In this document: positions 21,380 to 30,497 of the stretch, piece after piece
Layout: every line of letters starts with the position of its first letter
Position numbering within the stretch: the first letter of the stretch is position 1
From: a virus
Length of the DNA: 64,000 nucleotides
Reading direction: 5' to 3' (one strand)
IMG/VR virus record: IMGVR_UViG_3300048694_000674
Span: 64,001 to 128,000 of that record
Translations under genes and position numbers: made by a program
The notes under the pieces: generated by a model
Databases searched by the model: none
What the model was told of the DNA's origin: nothing
What the model saw: the letters and a program-made list of their open reading frames with translations, nothing else

Positions 21380-21678
21380 GATACATTAAGCTAGAAACCT
21401 TAGAATACCCACGACACCAAGGGGATATTCGACTTGAATATCCAGAAATGGGAGAACAATTTGTTTGTCCAGATACATATGCTTTTGTTGATTTGGATTT
21501 AACACCTGAGTACGATCCAGATACACATACATTCGAATGGCAGTTTCCTTCTAATGAAAATGGAAAATGGATTCAAAAAGCAAAGGTAAGATTATTAACT
21601 CAAGATGAAATTGATAATAAAAACAAATTTATAAATTTAAATCAAGTATATGGGACTGCACCAGATGTTATCGGTTAA
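21376..21678 (+). CDS. Small fibre-associated protein
   Basis: EYPRHQGDIR...PEYDPDTH...W pattern; ATGA overlap. Confidence 0.5.
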   Translation: MRYIKLETLEYPRHQGDIRLEYPEMGEQFVCPDTYAFVDLDLTPEYDPDTHTFEWQFPSNENGKWIQKAKVRLLTQDEIDNKNKFINLNQVYGTAPDVIG

Positions 21679-22012
21679 ACCAATCGAAAATATTGGCGAT
21701 CTTCGTGGTGGTATATATGACTTCGAAAAATCAGGAGATATTTTACCGAAGCACGTTCACACTGAAGACAATGTTCACATAACTATTGTCGCTCGTGGAC
21801 GTATCAAAGCTTATAGCCATGATTGGGAACAAGAAGGATCTGCAGGTCAAATACTCAACTTTCGACCCGATGAGCCTCATGAAATTATGGCCTTGGAAGA
21901 CAATACTCGTATTATCAATATACAGAAAAAGATGGGCGGAGTTTATTCTTCAGATACAGACTTATTGAGTTTGGACAGGGAAACATCGACTGCAACCATC
22001 GACCAACTATAA
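21665..22012 (+). CDS. Cupin-domain protein
   Basis: HxH (HVH)...H...PHE metal-binding cupin motifs. Confidence 0.7.
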   Translation: MLSVKPIENIGDLRGGIYDFEKSGDILPKHVHTEDNVHITIVARGRIKAYSHDWEQEGSAGQILNFRPDEPHEIMALEDNTRIINIQKKMGGVYSSDTDLLSLDRETSTATIDQL

Positions 22013-22015
22013 ATA
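22008..22015 (+). promoter_or_regulatory. T4-type late promoter TATAAATA
   Basis: Exact consensus upstream of 22045. Confidence 0.7.
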
Positions 22016-22044
22016 GAAATAAAAACACAAAGGGAATATAAGTT

Positions 22045-22455
22045 ATGGCTGGTTTATCATTTAATGTTCAATCTGGTGTAAATCTTCAGAGCAATACGAT
22101 TCAGAATTATACTGAATTTGCTACTGGATCTTCATTTACAGGAACTTCTGCTACAGTTCCATCTAACACCAACGTTGTCCGATATATTCTGAATAACAAT
22201 ACAACAATCACTCTTCCATCAAGTCAGCCAGGAGTTTCAAACGCTCTCAAGACGATTGTTCTTATGTTCACACAGGATGCTACTGGTGGAAGAACGATGA
22301 CACTGGCAGCTCCTTCTGGAGAATCAATCAAATACAATAACGCATCTACACAACCAGCAGTTGTTAGTGGAGCTGGCAAAACAACAATCTATACATGTAT
22401 GAAATTTGACTCTGACACTGTTTGGCGTGTAGCTCTTTCTTATATCGACGCTTGA
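22045..22455 (+). CDS. Fibre-tip adaptor-like structural protein
   Basis: LMFTQDATGGRT motif typical of phage fibre-end domains. Confidence 0.55.
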   Translation: MAGLSFNVQSGVNLQSNTIQNYTEFATGSSFTGTSATVPSNTNVVRYILNNNTTITLPSSQPGVSNALKTIVLMFTQDATGGRTMTLAAPSGESIKYNNASTQPAVVSGAGKTTIYTCMKFDSDTVWRVALSYIDA

Positions 22456-22471
22456 TAAAGGAGTTAACGCG

Positions 22472-24247
22472 ATGCCAGGAATAGCATTTTCGCTTTTAAT
22501 GAAGTCGATTGTACCAGCCAATACTCAGACGTTTACGGCTAATGGTACATATACTGTTCCTTATGGTGTAAGAAATATCACAGTATCAAACGTCGGTACA
22601 GCAGGTAATCCTGGCAATCCAGGGAATCCAGGAGCCTCTGGTAATGCTGGTGGTACAGGAAATCCAGGTAATGCTGGCAATCCAGGAAATAACGGCGCTG
22701 CAGGAGCAGCAGGTAATGCTGGTAATCCAGGAAATAATGGCGCAGGTGGTGCTGCAGGTAATCCAGGAAATGCTGGATCTCCTGGTAATGCTGGTAATCC
22801 AGGAACTCCAGGATACGGTGGTAATGGCGGCGCAGGTGGTTATGCTGGTGGTGCTGGTAATCCAGGATATAACGGTTCTGCAGGTAACGGTGGCGCTGGC
22901 GGTCCAAATGGTGGTCCAGGAAATCCAGGAAATGCTGGCAGTATTGGTTATGATCCATCAAACGATACATACTACGGAATAAACGGTAATCCAGGTAATC
23001 CAGGAGCAAGTTATTCTGGTGGTTACTCTGGTGGCGCTGGCGGACCAGCTTCATATGTTTACGATTACAATTATAATGTTTCTTATTATAACGGTAGTGG
23101 TGGTACTGGTGGATCTGGTGGATCTGGTAGCCCAGGAAATCCAGGCTCTGCTGGTGGCGCTGGGTATTCAGGTTATCCTGCAACTGGCGGTTATCCAGGA
23201 AATCCAGGATCATATGGTAGCGCAGGTTCTGCAGGAAATCCAGGATCTGCAGGTAATTCTGGTACAGGAACGCCAGCTGGTAACGCAGGTAACAATGGAA
23301 ATCCAGGAACGGGTACACCTGCAGGTGGAGCTGGAAGTGATGGTACAAATGGTACATCAGGAAATCCTGGAGCTGCAGGTAATGCTGGCGCAGATGGTAC
23401 AAATGGAACTGCTGGTAATCCAGGAAATGGCAACGCAACATTCTACAACAATTCTTATTTTACACTAACATTTACAGCTGGTAATGGTGGTACTGCAGGT
23501 ACTAAAGGAACTGGTGGTGCAGGAGGAAATGGTGGCGCTGGCGGTAATGGTGGCACTAAAGGAACTGCTGGTAATCCAGGAAATCCAGGAACATACGGTA
23601 ATGCTGGTACTAAAGGAAATCCAGGCAATGCTGGTACATATGGTAATGGTGGTAACGGTGGTGCTGGCGGTGCTGCAGGTAATGCTGGTGGATTAGGAGC
23701 TCCAGGAAATCCAGGAAATGATGGTACTGCTGGTAATGGTGGTTCTGCAGGAAATCCAGGTAATCCTGGTAATGCAGGAAATCCAGGAGGTGGTGGTACA
23801 GGTGGTAACTCTGCTACAGGATTTGGTTCTCCAGGAGCTGGTGGACCAAGTAATCCAGGAACTGCTGGTAATGCTGGTACAGGCGCTACTGCTGGTAATC
23901 CAGGATATTCAGGAAATCCAGGAAATGCTGGTACGCCAAGTTATGCTGGTTCAGGTGGATCTGGTAGTCCAGGAAATCCAGGAAATCCAGGAGTAGCAGG
24001 AAACCCAGGAAATGGCGCAACAGCAGGAAATCCAGGATCTGCAGGTAATTCTGGTACAGGTGCTACTGCTGGTAATCCAGGAAATCCAGGATCTGCTGGT
24101 AACCCAGGATCTGCTGGCAATTCTGGAACTGCAGGTGGAGCTGGTAACGGTACAACAACACAATCTTCAAATACTGTATCTTTGGTAACATACAACTTTA
24201 CAGTAGCTCCAGGAGGATCAACTACAATATCATATGCTAGACAATAA
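22472..24247 (+). CDS. Glycine-rich G-X-Y repeat protein (collagen-like or polyglycine-II adhesin)
   Basis: Long runs of GNP/GNA/GSA/GTA triplets, flanked by TFTANGTYTVPYGV and FTVAPGGSTTISY. Confidence 0.75.
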   Translation: MPGIAFSLLMKSIVPANTQTFTANGTYTVPYGVRNITVSNVGTAGNPGNPGNPGASGNAGGTGNPGNAGNPGNNGAAGAAGNAGNPGNNGAGGAAGNPGNAGSPGNAGNPGTPGYGGNGGAGGYAGGAGNPGYNGSAGNGGAGGPNGGPGNPGNAGSIGYDPSNDTYYGINGNPGNPGASYSGGYSGGAGGPASYVYDYNYNVSYYNGSGGTGGSGGSGSPGNPGSAGGAGYSGYPATGGYPGNPGSYGSAGSAGNPGSAGNSGTGTPAGNAGNNGNPGTGTPAGGAGSDGTNGTSGNPGAAGNAGADGTNGTAGNPGNGNATFYNNSYFTLTFTAGNGGTAGTKGTGGAGGNGGAGGNGGTKGTAGNPGNPGTYGNAGTKGNPGNAGTYGNGGNGGAGGAAGNAGGLGAPGNPGNDGTAGNGGSAGNPGNPGNAGNPGGGGTGGNSATGFGSPGAGGPSNPGTAGNAGTGATAGNPGYSGNPGNAGTPSYAGSGGSGSPGNPGNPGVAGNPGNGATAGNPGSAGNSGTGATAGNPGNPGSAGNPGSAGNSGTAGGAGNGTTTQSSNTVSLVTYNFTVAPGGSTTISYARQ

Positions 24248-24266
24248 ATTGAAAGGATAACTTATT

Positions 24267-24962
24267 ATGTTTTTTGGTGATGATAAAATTAAATTTATGT
24301 GCGATCCAAGAATGATAGAGGTAATACCAAAACCTTATCCAGCAAGAAAGTATATTCCAGATTGGTATAAAAAGCTTTCAAACCATTGGATGGATAAAGA
24401 TGGTTATGAAACGCCAACAATCAAAAGATGTCCACCATTCCTTGATGCAATGTCAGCTGGTTGGATTATACCTTTCCCAGCAGACACATACGTTCAAGTA
24501 TTTGATGATGGTTCTGGAATAAAATGGAAAACAGATTTCTTTGCTGATACAATTTCAACACATAGTTTGAACCAGATAGAAACTCATCCAAAAGTTCCTA
24601 CTGTGCCCGTAAAGGTTTTGAATTACTGGATGATTCAAACTCCTCCAGGATGGTCTTGTGCTTTTGTGCCACCTCTAAATAGACCAGACGATGTTTTCGA
24701 TCTATTATCTGGTATTGTTGACACAGATAAAAACTTTTGGGAATATGTAAATTTCCCAGGATTTCTCAAAGCAAAGGAAGGCTCGTTCAAAATACCGAGC
24801 GGTCATCCTATGATGCAGGTAATACCATACAAAAGAAACTTCAACAAAGAAGCAGAAGTCAGAGCACTTACTCCAAGAGAAATGCAAAAAGTGCAGAAAC
24901 ATCGCGATAAACATTCAGCAAATTTTAGTAATTATAGAAACAACATGTGGGAAAAGAAATGA
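24267..24962 (+). CDS. Conserved phage protein (DUF6065-like)
   Basis: P.PARKYIPDWYK...TIKRCPPFLDAM.AGWIIP...TPPGWS...GIVDTD...PMMQVIP. Confidence 0.6.
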   Translation: MFFGDDKIKFMCDPRMIEVIPKPYPARKYIPDWYKKLSNHWMDKDGYETPTIKRCPPFLDAMSAGWIIPFPADTYVQVFDDGSGIKWKTDFFADTISTHSLNQIETHPKVPTVPVKVLNYWMIQTPPGWSCAFVPPLNRPDDVFDLLSGIVDTDKNFWEYVNFPGFLKAKEGSFKIPSGHPMMQVIPYKRNFNKEAEVRALTPREMQKVQKHRDKHSANFSNYRNNMWEKK

Positions 24963-25495
24963 TTACAAATCCTCTTTATTGGTCATGGAAAAAAGAAATA
25001 CCAGATTCTGTTTGTGATGCTATTATCGAAGAAGGTAAAAAGTTAGAATTGAAAGATGGTCTTGTTGGAGATGAAAAAAAGCTAAACAAATCTATCAGAA
25101 ACTCTCAAATAGGTTGGTTCTCGAATATTACATGGGTTGCTGGTATTATGCGACATTATACTGAAGTTGCAAATAATCAGGCTTGGAATTTTAAACTAGG
25201 ATACATACAAAATCCACAGTTTACGATCTATTCAAAAGGTGGATTCTATGGGTTTCATCAGGATTCTAGCGTTGTCAACGATGGTATGCGAAAACTGAGC
25301 TGCGTAATAACAATAACCAAACCAGATGAGTATGAGGGCGGCGAATTTGAGTTTGAAGACGGTACAGTTCCAGATATTAAGGAAAGAGGGTCTATTATTG
25401 TATTCCCATCATTCCTTCGTCATAGAGTAAGCCCAGTTACTTCAGGAACAAGGTATTCATTGGTCTCTTGGTATGAAGGTCCGAAGTTTATATAA
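24959..25495 (+). CDS. 2OG-Fe(II) oxygenase (prolyl-4-hydroxylase/PKHD-like)
   Basis: HxD (HQD), RKLS, YEGGEF, FPSFLRHRVSPVTSGTRYSLVSW. Confidence 0.85.
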   Translation: MITNPLYWSWKKEIPDSVCDAIIEEGKKLELKDGLVGDEKKLNKSIRNSQIGWFSNITWVAGIMRHYTEVANNQAWNFKLGYIQNPQFTIYSKGGFYGFHQDSSVVNDGMRKLSCVITITKPDEYEGGEFEFEDGTVPDIKERGSIIVFPSFLRHRVSPVTSGTRYSLVSWYEGPKFI

Positions 25496-25498
25496 ATA
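25491..25498 (+). promoter_or_regulatory. T4-type late promoter TATAAATA
   Basis: Exact consensus upstream of gp13. Confidence 0.75.
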
Positions 25499-25526
25499 CA
25501 AATAAACACTAATAATAGGGTCCAAA

Positions 25527-26264
25527 ATGGCTGTTCCAAGAACCAGAGATGAATTCAAGACATATTGCCTTCGTAGATTAGGAGCTCCTGTTATTGAAAT
25601 TAACGTCGATGATGATCAGGTCGATGATCGTGTGGACGAAGCTATTCGCTATTATTGGGACTATCATTTTGATGGCGCAGAAAAGGTTTACTACAAGTAC
25701 AAAGTAAACGCTGTTGACATAACAAACAGATATATCACAATGCCAGACAACATCATCGGCGTTGTCAATCTATTCCCTATCGGTCAGGCTCTCAATACAA
25801 ACAATCTGTTTAATATTCGTTATCAAATTGCATTGAACGATCTTTATACTTTGACATCAGTTTCGATGGTACCATACTATATGGCGCTTACTCATGTTCA
25901 GTTTCTTGAACAGTTTCTTGTTGGCCAGCAGCCACTCCGCTATAACAGAATGATCAATAAGTTGTATATCGATATGGACTGGACAATCATCAATGAAGGC
26001 GATTATCTAATCGTCGAAGCATATCAGGTTGTTGATCCAGCTGTTTATCCAAAAGCATTTGGCGAACGCCTACTACAGAACTATGCTTCTGCGTTGATCA
26101 AAGAACAGTGGGGAACGAATTTAAAGAAATTTGGTGGTATGCAACTTCCAGGTGGAATTACATTTAATGGCCAACAAATATATGATGAAGGTCATAATGA
26201 AAGATTAGAAATTGAGAAACAAATCTATGATAGCAGCCTACCAATTACAGATATGATAGGCTAA
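25527..26264 (+). CDS. gp13: Neck protein gp13
   Basis: YCLRRLGAPVIEINVDDDQ...QWGTNLKKF.GMQLPGG. Confidence 0.92.
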   Translation: MAVPRTRDEFKTYCLRRLGAPVIEINVDDDQVDDRVDEAIRYYWDYHFDGAEKVYYKYKVNAVDITNRYITMPDNIIGVVNLFPIGQALNTNNLFNIRYQIALNDLYTLTSVSMVPYYMALTHVQFLEQFLVGQQPLRYNRMINKLYIDMDWTIINEGDYLIVEAYQVVDPAVYPKAFGERLLQNYASALIKEQWGTNLKKFGGMQLPGGITFNGQQIYDEGHNERLEIEKQIYDSSLPITDMIG

Positions 26265-26266
26265 TT

Positions 26267-26989
26267 ATGGCAACCAATTTCTACTTCAATAATTTTAAGC
26301 AGTCACAAGAACAAAACCTGCTTGAAAATTTGATCATTGAAGCGATCCGTATATATGGTGAGGATATGTATTATATCCCACGTAATATTAATAATCTAGA
26401 TCAGCTCTATACAGCCGACGATCAATCATCATATACACAAACATTCATGCTTGAGTTCTATATCAAGTCCGTTGATGGTTTTTCTGGTGATGGTAACTTC
26501 ATGTCTAAGTTTGGTCTTGAGATTCGCGATCAGGTTGTATTCTCTGTCGCACAAAAAGTATTCAATCAGGAGATTGGTTCCTATACTACATTGACAAGAC
26601 CACGTGAAGGTGATCTAATATTCTTTCCACTGAACAACAAATGTTTTCAGATCAAGTATGTAAATAAGTTTGAGATGTTTTATCAGTTAGGCGCATTACA
26701 GACATGGGAAATGACTTGTGAATTGTTCGAGTATTCTAACGAAGTATTCAATACAGGTATACCAGAGATCGACGCTATTCAGACTAATTTCAGTACCAAC
26801 ATAATTGATTATAGCGTAAAAGACGAACAAGGTCAAGCACTTTTAGACGAAGAAGGAAATTATATTGTTATGGAGCAATATGATTTAGCAACAATTATTG
26901 GTACTGGCGAGAATGATATTATTCAACAAGAATCAGATCAATTTGTTGACTTTACGGTTCAGGATCCATTTAGCGAGGGTCATGTGTAA
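26267..26989 (+). CDS. gp14: Neck protein gp14
   Basis: EAIRIYGEDMYYIPR...SKFGLEIRD...RPREGDLI...CELFEYS. Confidence 0.92.
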   Translation: MATNFYFNNFKQSQEQNLLENLIIEAIRIYGEDMYYIPRNINNLDQLYTADDQSSYTQTFMLEFYIKSVDGFSGDGNFMSKFGLEIRDQVVFSVAQKVFNQEIGSYTTLTRPREGDLIFFPLNNKCFQIKYVNKFEMFYQLGALQTWEMTCELFEYSNEVFNTGIPEIDAIQTNFSTNIIDYSVKDEQGQALLDEEGNYIVMEQYDLATIIGTGENDIIQQESDQFVDFTVQDPFSEGHV

Positions 26990-27567
26990 TGTACACATAT
27001 TTAATTGGATGGAGCGATAAAAATATATTTTATTATGGTGTTCGTTATGCAAAAAAATCTGATCCAAACGAATTGTGGAAAACATATTTTACTTCTTCAA
27101 AATATGTAAAATCATTTAGAGAAAAAAATGGCGATCCAGACATAATTCAAATAAGAAAAACATTCAATGATAAAAAAGCAGCTATATTGTGGGAACATAA
27201 AGTTCTCAAAAGATTAAATGTGGTAAAGGATGAAAAATGGTTAAATAAAACAGATAATTTCGCAATCGATTACACATCATCAAAAAGAAATACAATTCCT
27301 GGTATGTTAGCTTCGAAGAAAAAAATTAAAGGTAAAACTTACGAAGAACTTTATGGTCTTGAAAAGGCTGCATTTTTAAAAGAAAGATCAAAAGGAATTA
27401 TGGAAGAGAATTGGAATAACCAAGAAACAAGATTAAAAATGTCAAAAAAACCTTCTGATACTTCGAAATATAAAGAAGCTGCATTGAAAAGATGGGCTAA
27501 CAAAGAACAACGCGAAAAGCTTTGTGCTAGTATGCGTGGTGTTTCTAAAAAGTCCAAGGAGGTGTAA
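26989..27567 (+). CDS. GIY-YIG (Seg-like) homing endonuclease
   Basis: YTYLIGW...YYGVRY...YFTSS...E...LN; Lys-rich C-terminus; AT-rich; sits between gp14 and gp15. Confidence 0.75.
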   Translation: MYTYLIGWSDKNIFYYGVRYAKKSDPNELWKTYFTSSKYVKSFREKNGDPDIIQIRKTFNDKKAAILWEHKVLKRLNVVKDEKWLNKTDNFAIDYTSSKRNTIPGMLASKKKIKGKTYEELYGLEKAAFLKERSKGIMEENWNNQETRLKMSKKPSDTSKYKEAALKRWANKEQREKLCASMRGVSKKSKEV

Positions 27568-27568
27568 C

Positions 27569-28408
27569 ATTTTCGGGCATAATTTTTACTACCAAACGAT
27601 TCGTAAATACGTTGCGCTATTTGGCACATTATTCAACGATATTCATATCTCAAGAACAGATAAGAATGGGAATCTTGTTGCATATATGAAGGTTCCAATT
27701 ACCTACTCAGCAAAAGATAAAATGCTGGCGCGTATTCAACAGGATCCTAATATTGACCGACCAACAGCAACGATACCACTTCCTCTTATGACATTTGAGC
27801 TTACATCAACAACATATGATGGCGATCGTAAGTTACCAACTATCAATAGATCAGCTACCAAGAATGCAAACAACAGCAATATTGTAAATTATCAATACAA
27901 TCCTGTGCCATATAATTTTGGATTCCGACTGAATATTCTTGTTAAAAATGCAGAAGATGGTACAAAAATTGTTGAACAGATCCTCCCATTCTTTACACCA
28001 GACTTCACTGTCACGGTTCAACTAATACCTCAGATGAACGAATTGAAAGATATTCCTGTTATCCTCAACAGTATTTCACATGAAGATACGTACAGCGGCG
28101 ACCTAAAAGAAAGACAGACTCTAACATGGACTCTTGACTTTACATTGAAGGGTTATCTGTATGGTCCAATCAAAACATCGAAGATTATCAAGTATGCAAA
28201 CGTATATTTCTATACACCATCTGTTCCAGATGGTCAGTTAGTAGCAGCTGTTGGGAATACAGCAAATGTTTCATATATACATATACAGCCAGGATTAACA
28301 GCAAATGGTATGCCAACATCAAATGCTGCTTTATCAATACCTGTAGCTGACATTAATATAACTGATGATTTTGGATATGTAATAGAGAAGGTAGATGCCC
28401 CAGAATAA
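27569..28408 (+). CDS. gp15: Tail sheath stabilizer/terminator gp15 (probable ATT start)
   Basis: FGHNFYYQTIRKYVALFGTLFNDI...VPITY...PVPYN...EQILPFF; AAGGAGGT precedes ATT at 27569. Confidence 0.88.
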   Translation: MFGHNFYYQTIRKYVALFGTLFNDIHISRTDKNGNLVAYMKVPITYSAKDKMLARIQQDPNIDRPTATIPLPLMTFELTSTTYDGDRKLPTINRSATKNANNSNIVNYQYNPVPYNFGFRLNILVKNAEDGTKIVEQILPFFTPDFTVTVQLIPQMNELKDIPVILNSISHEDTYSGDLKERQTLTWTLDFTLKGYLYGPIKTSKIIKYANVYFYTPSVPDGQLVAAVGNTANVSYIHIQPGLTANGMPTSNAALSIPVADINITDDFGYVIEKVDAPE

Positions 28409-28817
28409 TAATGATCCTATTGGTAAGGCGCTTAATCTCGCACCAATAACAACTGAGAATGCTGTCAAGTCTATAGTCGCCAAAGCGCATGACGATTCAG
28501 CTAAAAATGATTTCGAAATGGCTCGTTCAAATATACATGAGGTCATTCAGAATGGCGTCAATGCAATGGAAAAACTATCACAGATTGCTGACAGCAGCCA
28601 ACATCCAAGAGCATTCGAAGTTCTAGCAAAGCTTATGGAAACAATGCTTCAGGCGAATAAAGATTTACTTGCGCTTCAAAAAGATATTCGTGAGATAGAT
28701 GCTAAAGACACACCAACAAACGAACAAGCAAAGTCAGTTACCAATAACCTTTTCGTAGGATCAACAGCAGATCTCCAAAAAGCAATAGAAAATATGAAAA
28801 ATGGAAATAGATCTTAG
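28395..28817 (+). CDS. gp16: Terminase small subunit gp16
   Basis: DFEMARSN...SQHPRAFEV...NNLFVGSTADLQK. Confidence 0.88.
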   Translation: MPQNNNDPIGKALNLAPITTENAVKSIVAKAHDDSAKNDFEMARSNIHEVIQNGVNAMEKLSQIADSSQHPRAFEVLAKLMETMLQANKDLLALQKDIREIDAKDTPTNEQAKSVTNNLFVGSTADLQKAIENMKNGNRS

Positions 28818-30450
28818 TAGTCTAAAAGGTTATAATGGTAATCTTCTATTAAAAAGATCCAATCAGAATATTGAATGGACTCCTGAATTAGTTGAAGAAT
28901 ATGTCAAATGTTCCAACGATGTAATATACTTCACAGAAAAGTATATGAAAATCATCAACATTGACAAAGGTCTAGTTAGCTTTACACTCTACGAATATCA
29001 AAAAGAAATGCTCCAGTCGATGCAGGAGAATCGTTTTACGATTATTGCTACTGCTCGTCAGGCTGGTAAGTCGACTGTAACCTGCGCATTTATATTGTGG
29101 TATATCATTTTCCATGCTGAAAAAACTGTTGCGTTGCTGGCTAACAAAGGCGAAACAGCGAGAGAAATTCTTGGTCGTGTTCAGCTAGCATATCAACACC
29201 TACCTAAATGGCTGCAACAGGGCGTTAAAGAATGGAACAAGGGTTCTATGGAACTCGAAAACAACAGCCGTGTTCTTGCTGCAGCTACATCATCAGATGC
29301 CATTCGTGGTTATTCTATTAATCTTCTGTTTATCGACGAAGCTGCATTTATTGAGAACTGGGATACGTTTTTTACATCAGTTTATCCTACAATTTCTTCT
29401 GGTAAAGAATCTAAGATTGTTCTTGTTTCCACACCAAACGGATTGAACCATTTTTATTCATTGTGGATCAATGCCAAAGAAGGAAGAAACGGATACAACC
29501 CAATACAAGTAACATTCGATAAAGTTCCTGGACGCGATGAAAAGTGGAAACAAGAAACACTAGCTTCAATGAATTTCGATATTCCTAAGTTCGAACAGGA
29601 ATACTGCGTCGAATTTATGGGTAGCTCTGGTACTCTTATTGCTGGCTGGAAACTAAAGGAGCTCGTTCATCAAACACCAATAACGCATAAAGAAGGGCTG
29701 TCACAATATTTCCAGCCAAAGGAAAGACATGTCTATGTTACTGTTTGTGACGTTTCCAGAGGTAAGGGACTAGACTATTCAGCATTTCACGTAATAGATG
29801 TTACCTCTATGCCATACGTTCAGGTTTGTTCATATAGAAGCAATACAATAACACCAGTAGATTATGCGGCTGTTATTTTCAGAGTTTCAAAGGCATATAA
29901 CAATGCTTCTGTTCTTGTTGAAATTAACGATATCGGCGAGCAGGTAAGCAGCTCTCTTCATTATGATTTCGAGTATGAGTATGTTCTGTTTACTGAAAAT
30001 GCAGGTAGAGCTGGTAAACGTGTCTCCGCTGGTTTCGGTGGCGGTAGCGTAGATAAAGGTATCCGTACAACAAAACAGGTCAAAGCAACAGGCTGTGCTA
30101 TTCTAAAACTGCTGATCGAACAGAATCAGCTGGTAATAAACGACTTCCATACTATAGAAGAACTGGCTACGTTTTCTCGAAAGAAAAATAGCTATGAAGC
30201 GGAGGAAGGTAAACATGATGATATGGTTATGCCTTTGGTATTGTTTGCTTGGTTATCAGACCAGCAATACTTCAAAGACTACACCGATATAAATACCTTA
30301 TTAAAGCTCCGAGAAAAAACTGAGGAAGACGTCCTCAATGACCTTTCTCCTTTTGGATTTGTTGATGATGGTCGAGGCGATTTTATAGATGATCTCGACT
30401 TGCCCCCATCAGGTAATTGGATGTTTGGAGTAGAAAATGAAAAATTATAA
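28801..30450 (+). CDS. gp17: Terminase large subunit gp17
   Basis: RQAGKST Walker A, LLFIDEAAF Walker B, DVSRGKGLDYS and HDDMVM nuclease motifs. Confidence 0.96.
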   Translation: MEIDLSSLKGYNGNLLLKRSNQNIEWTPELVEEYVKCSNDVIYFTEKYMKIINIDKGLVSFTLYEYQKEMLQSMQENRFTIIATARQAGKSTVTCAFILWYIIFHAEKTVALLANKGETAREILGRVQLAYQHLPKWLQQGVKEWNKGSMELENNSRVLAAATSSDAIRGYSINLLFIDEAAFIENWDTFFTSVYPTISSGKESKIVLVSTPNGLNHFYSLWINAKEGRNGYNPIQVTFDKVPGRDEKWKQETLASMNFDIPKFEQEYCVEFMGSSGTLIAGWKLKELVHQTPITHKEGLSQYFQPKERHVYVTVCDVSRGKGLDYSAFHVIDVTSMPYVQVCSYRSNTITPVDYAAVIFRVSKAYNNASVLVEINDIGEQVSSSLHYDFEYEYVLFTENAGRAGKRVSAGFGGGSVDKGIRTTKQVKATGCAILKLLIEQNQLVINDFHTIEELATFSRKKNSYEAEEGKHDDMVMPLVLFAWLSDQQYFKDYTDINTLLKLREKTEEDVLNDLSPFGFVDDGRGDFIDDLDLPPSGNWMFGVENEKL

Positions 30451-30453
30451 ATA
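30446..30453 (+). promoter_or_regulatory. T4-type late promoter TATAAATA
   Basis: Exact consensus upstream of gp18. Confidence 0.78.
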
Positions 30454-30497
30454 ATTTGTAGAATTACAAATACCTTTTCTATGGAAGGAGAGTCCAA

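Noticed and set aside
22578-24195. Alternative-frame and antisense ORFs over the Gly-rich gene
   Set aside because: Shadows of the triplet repeat; no RBS or protein-like composition.
26989-27568. Group I intron splitting gp15
   Set aside because: The endonuclease ORF fills the whole interval, leaving no room for a ribozyme core; SD plus ATT explains gp15 more simply.
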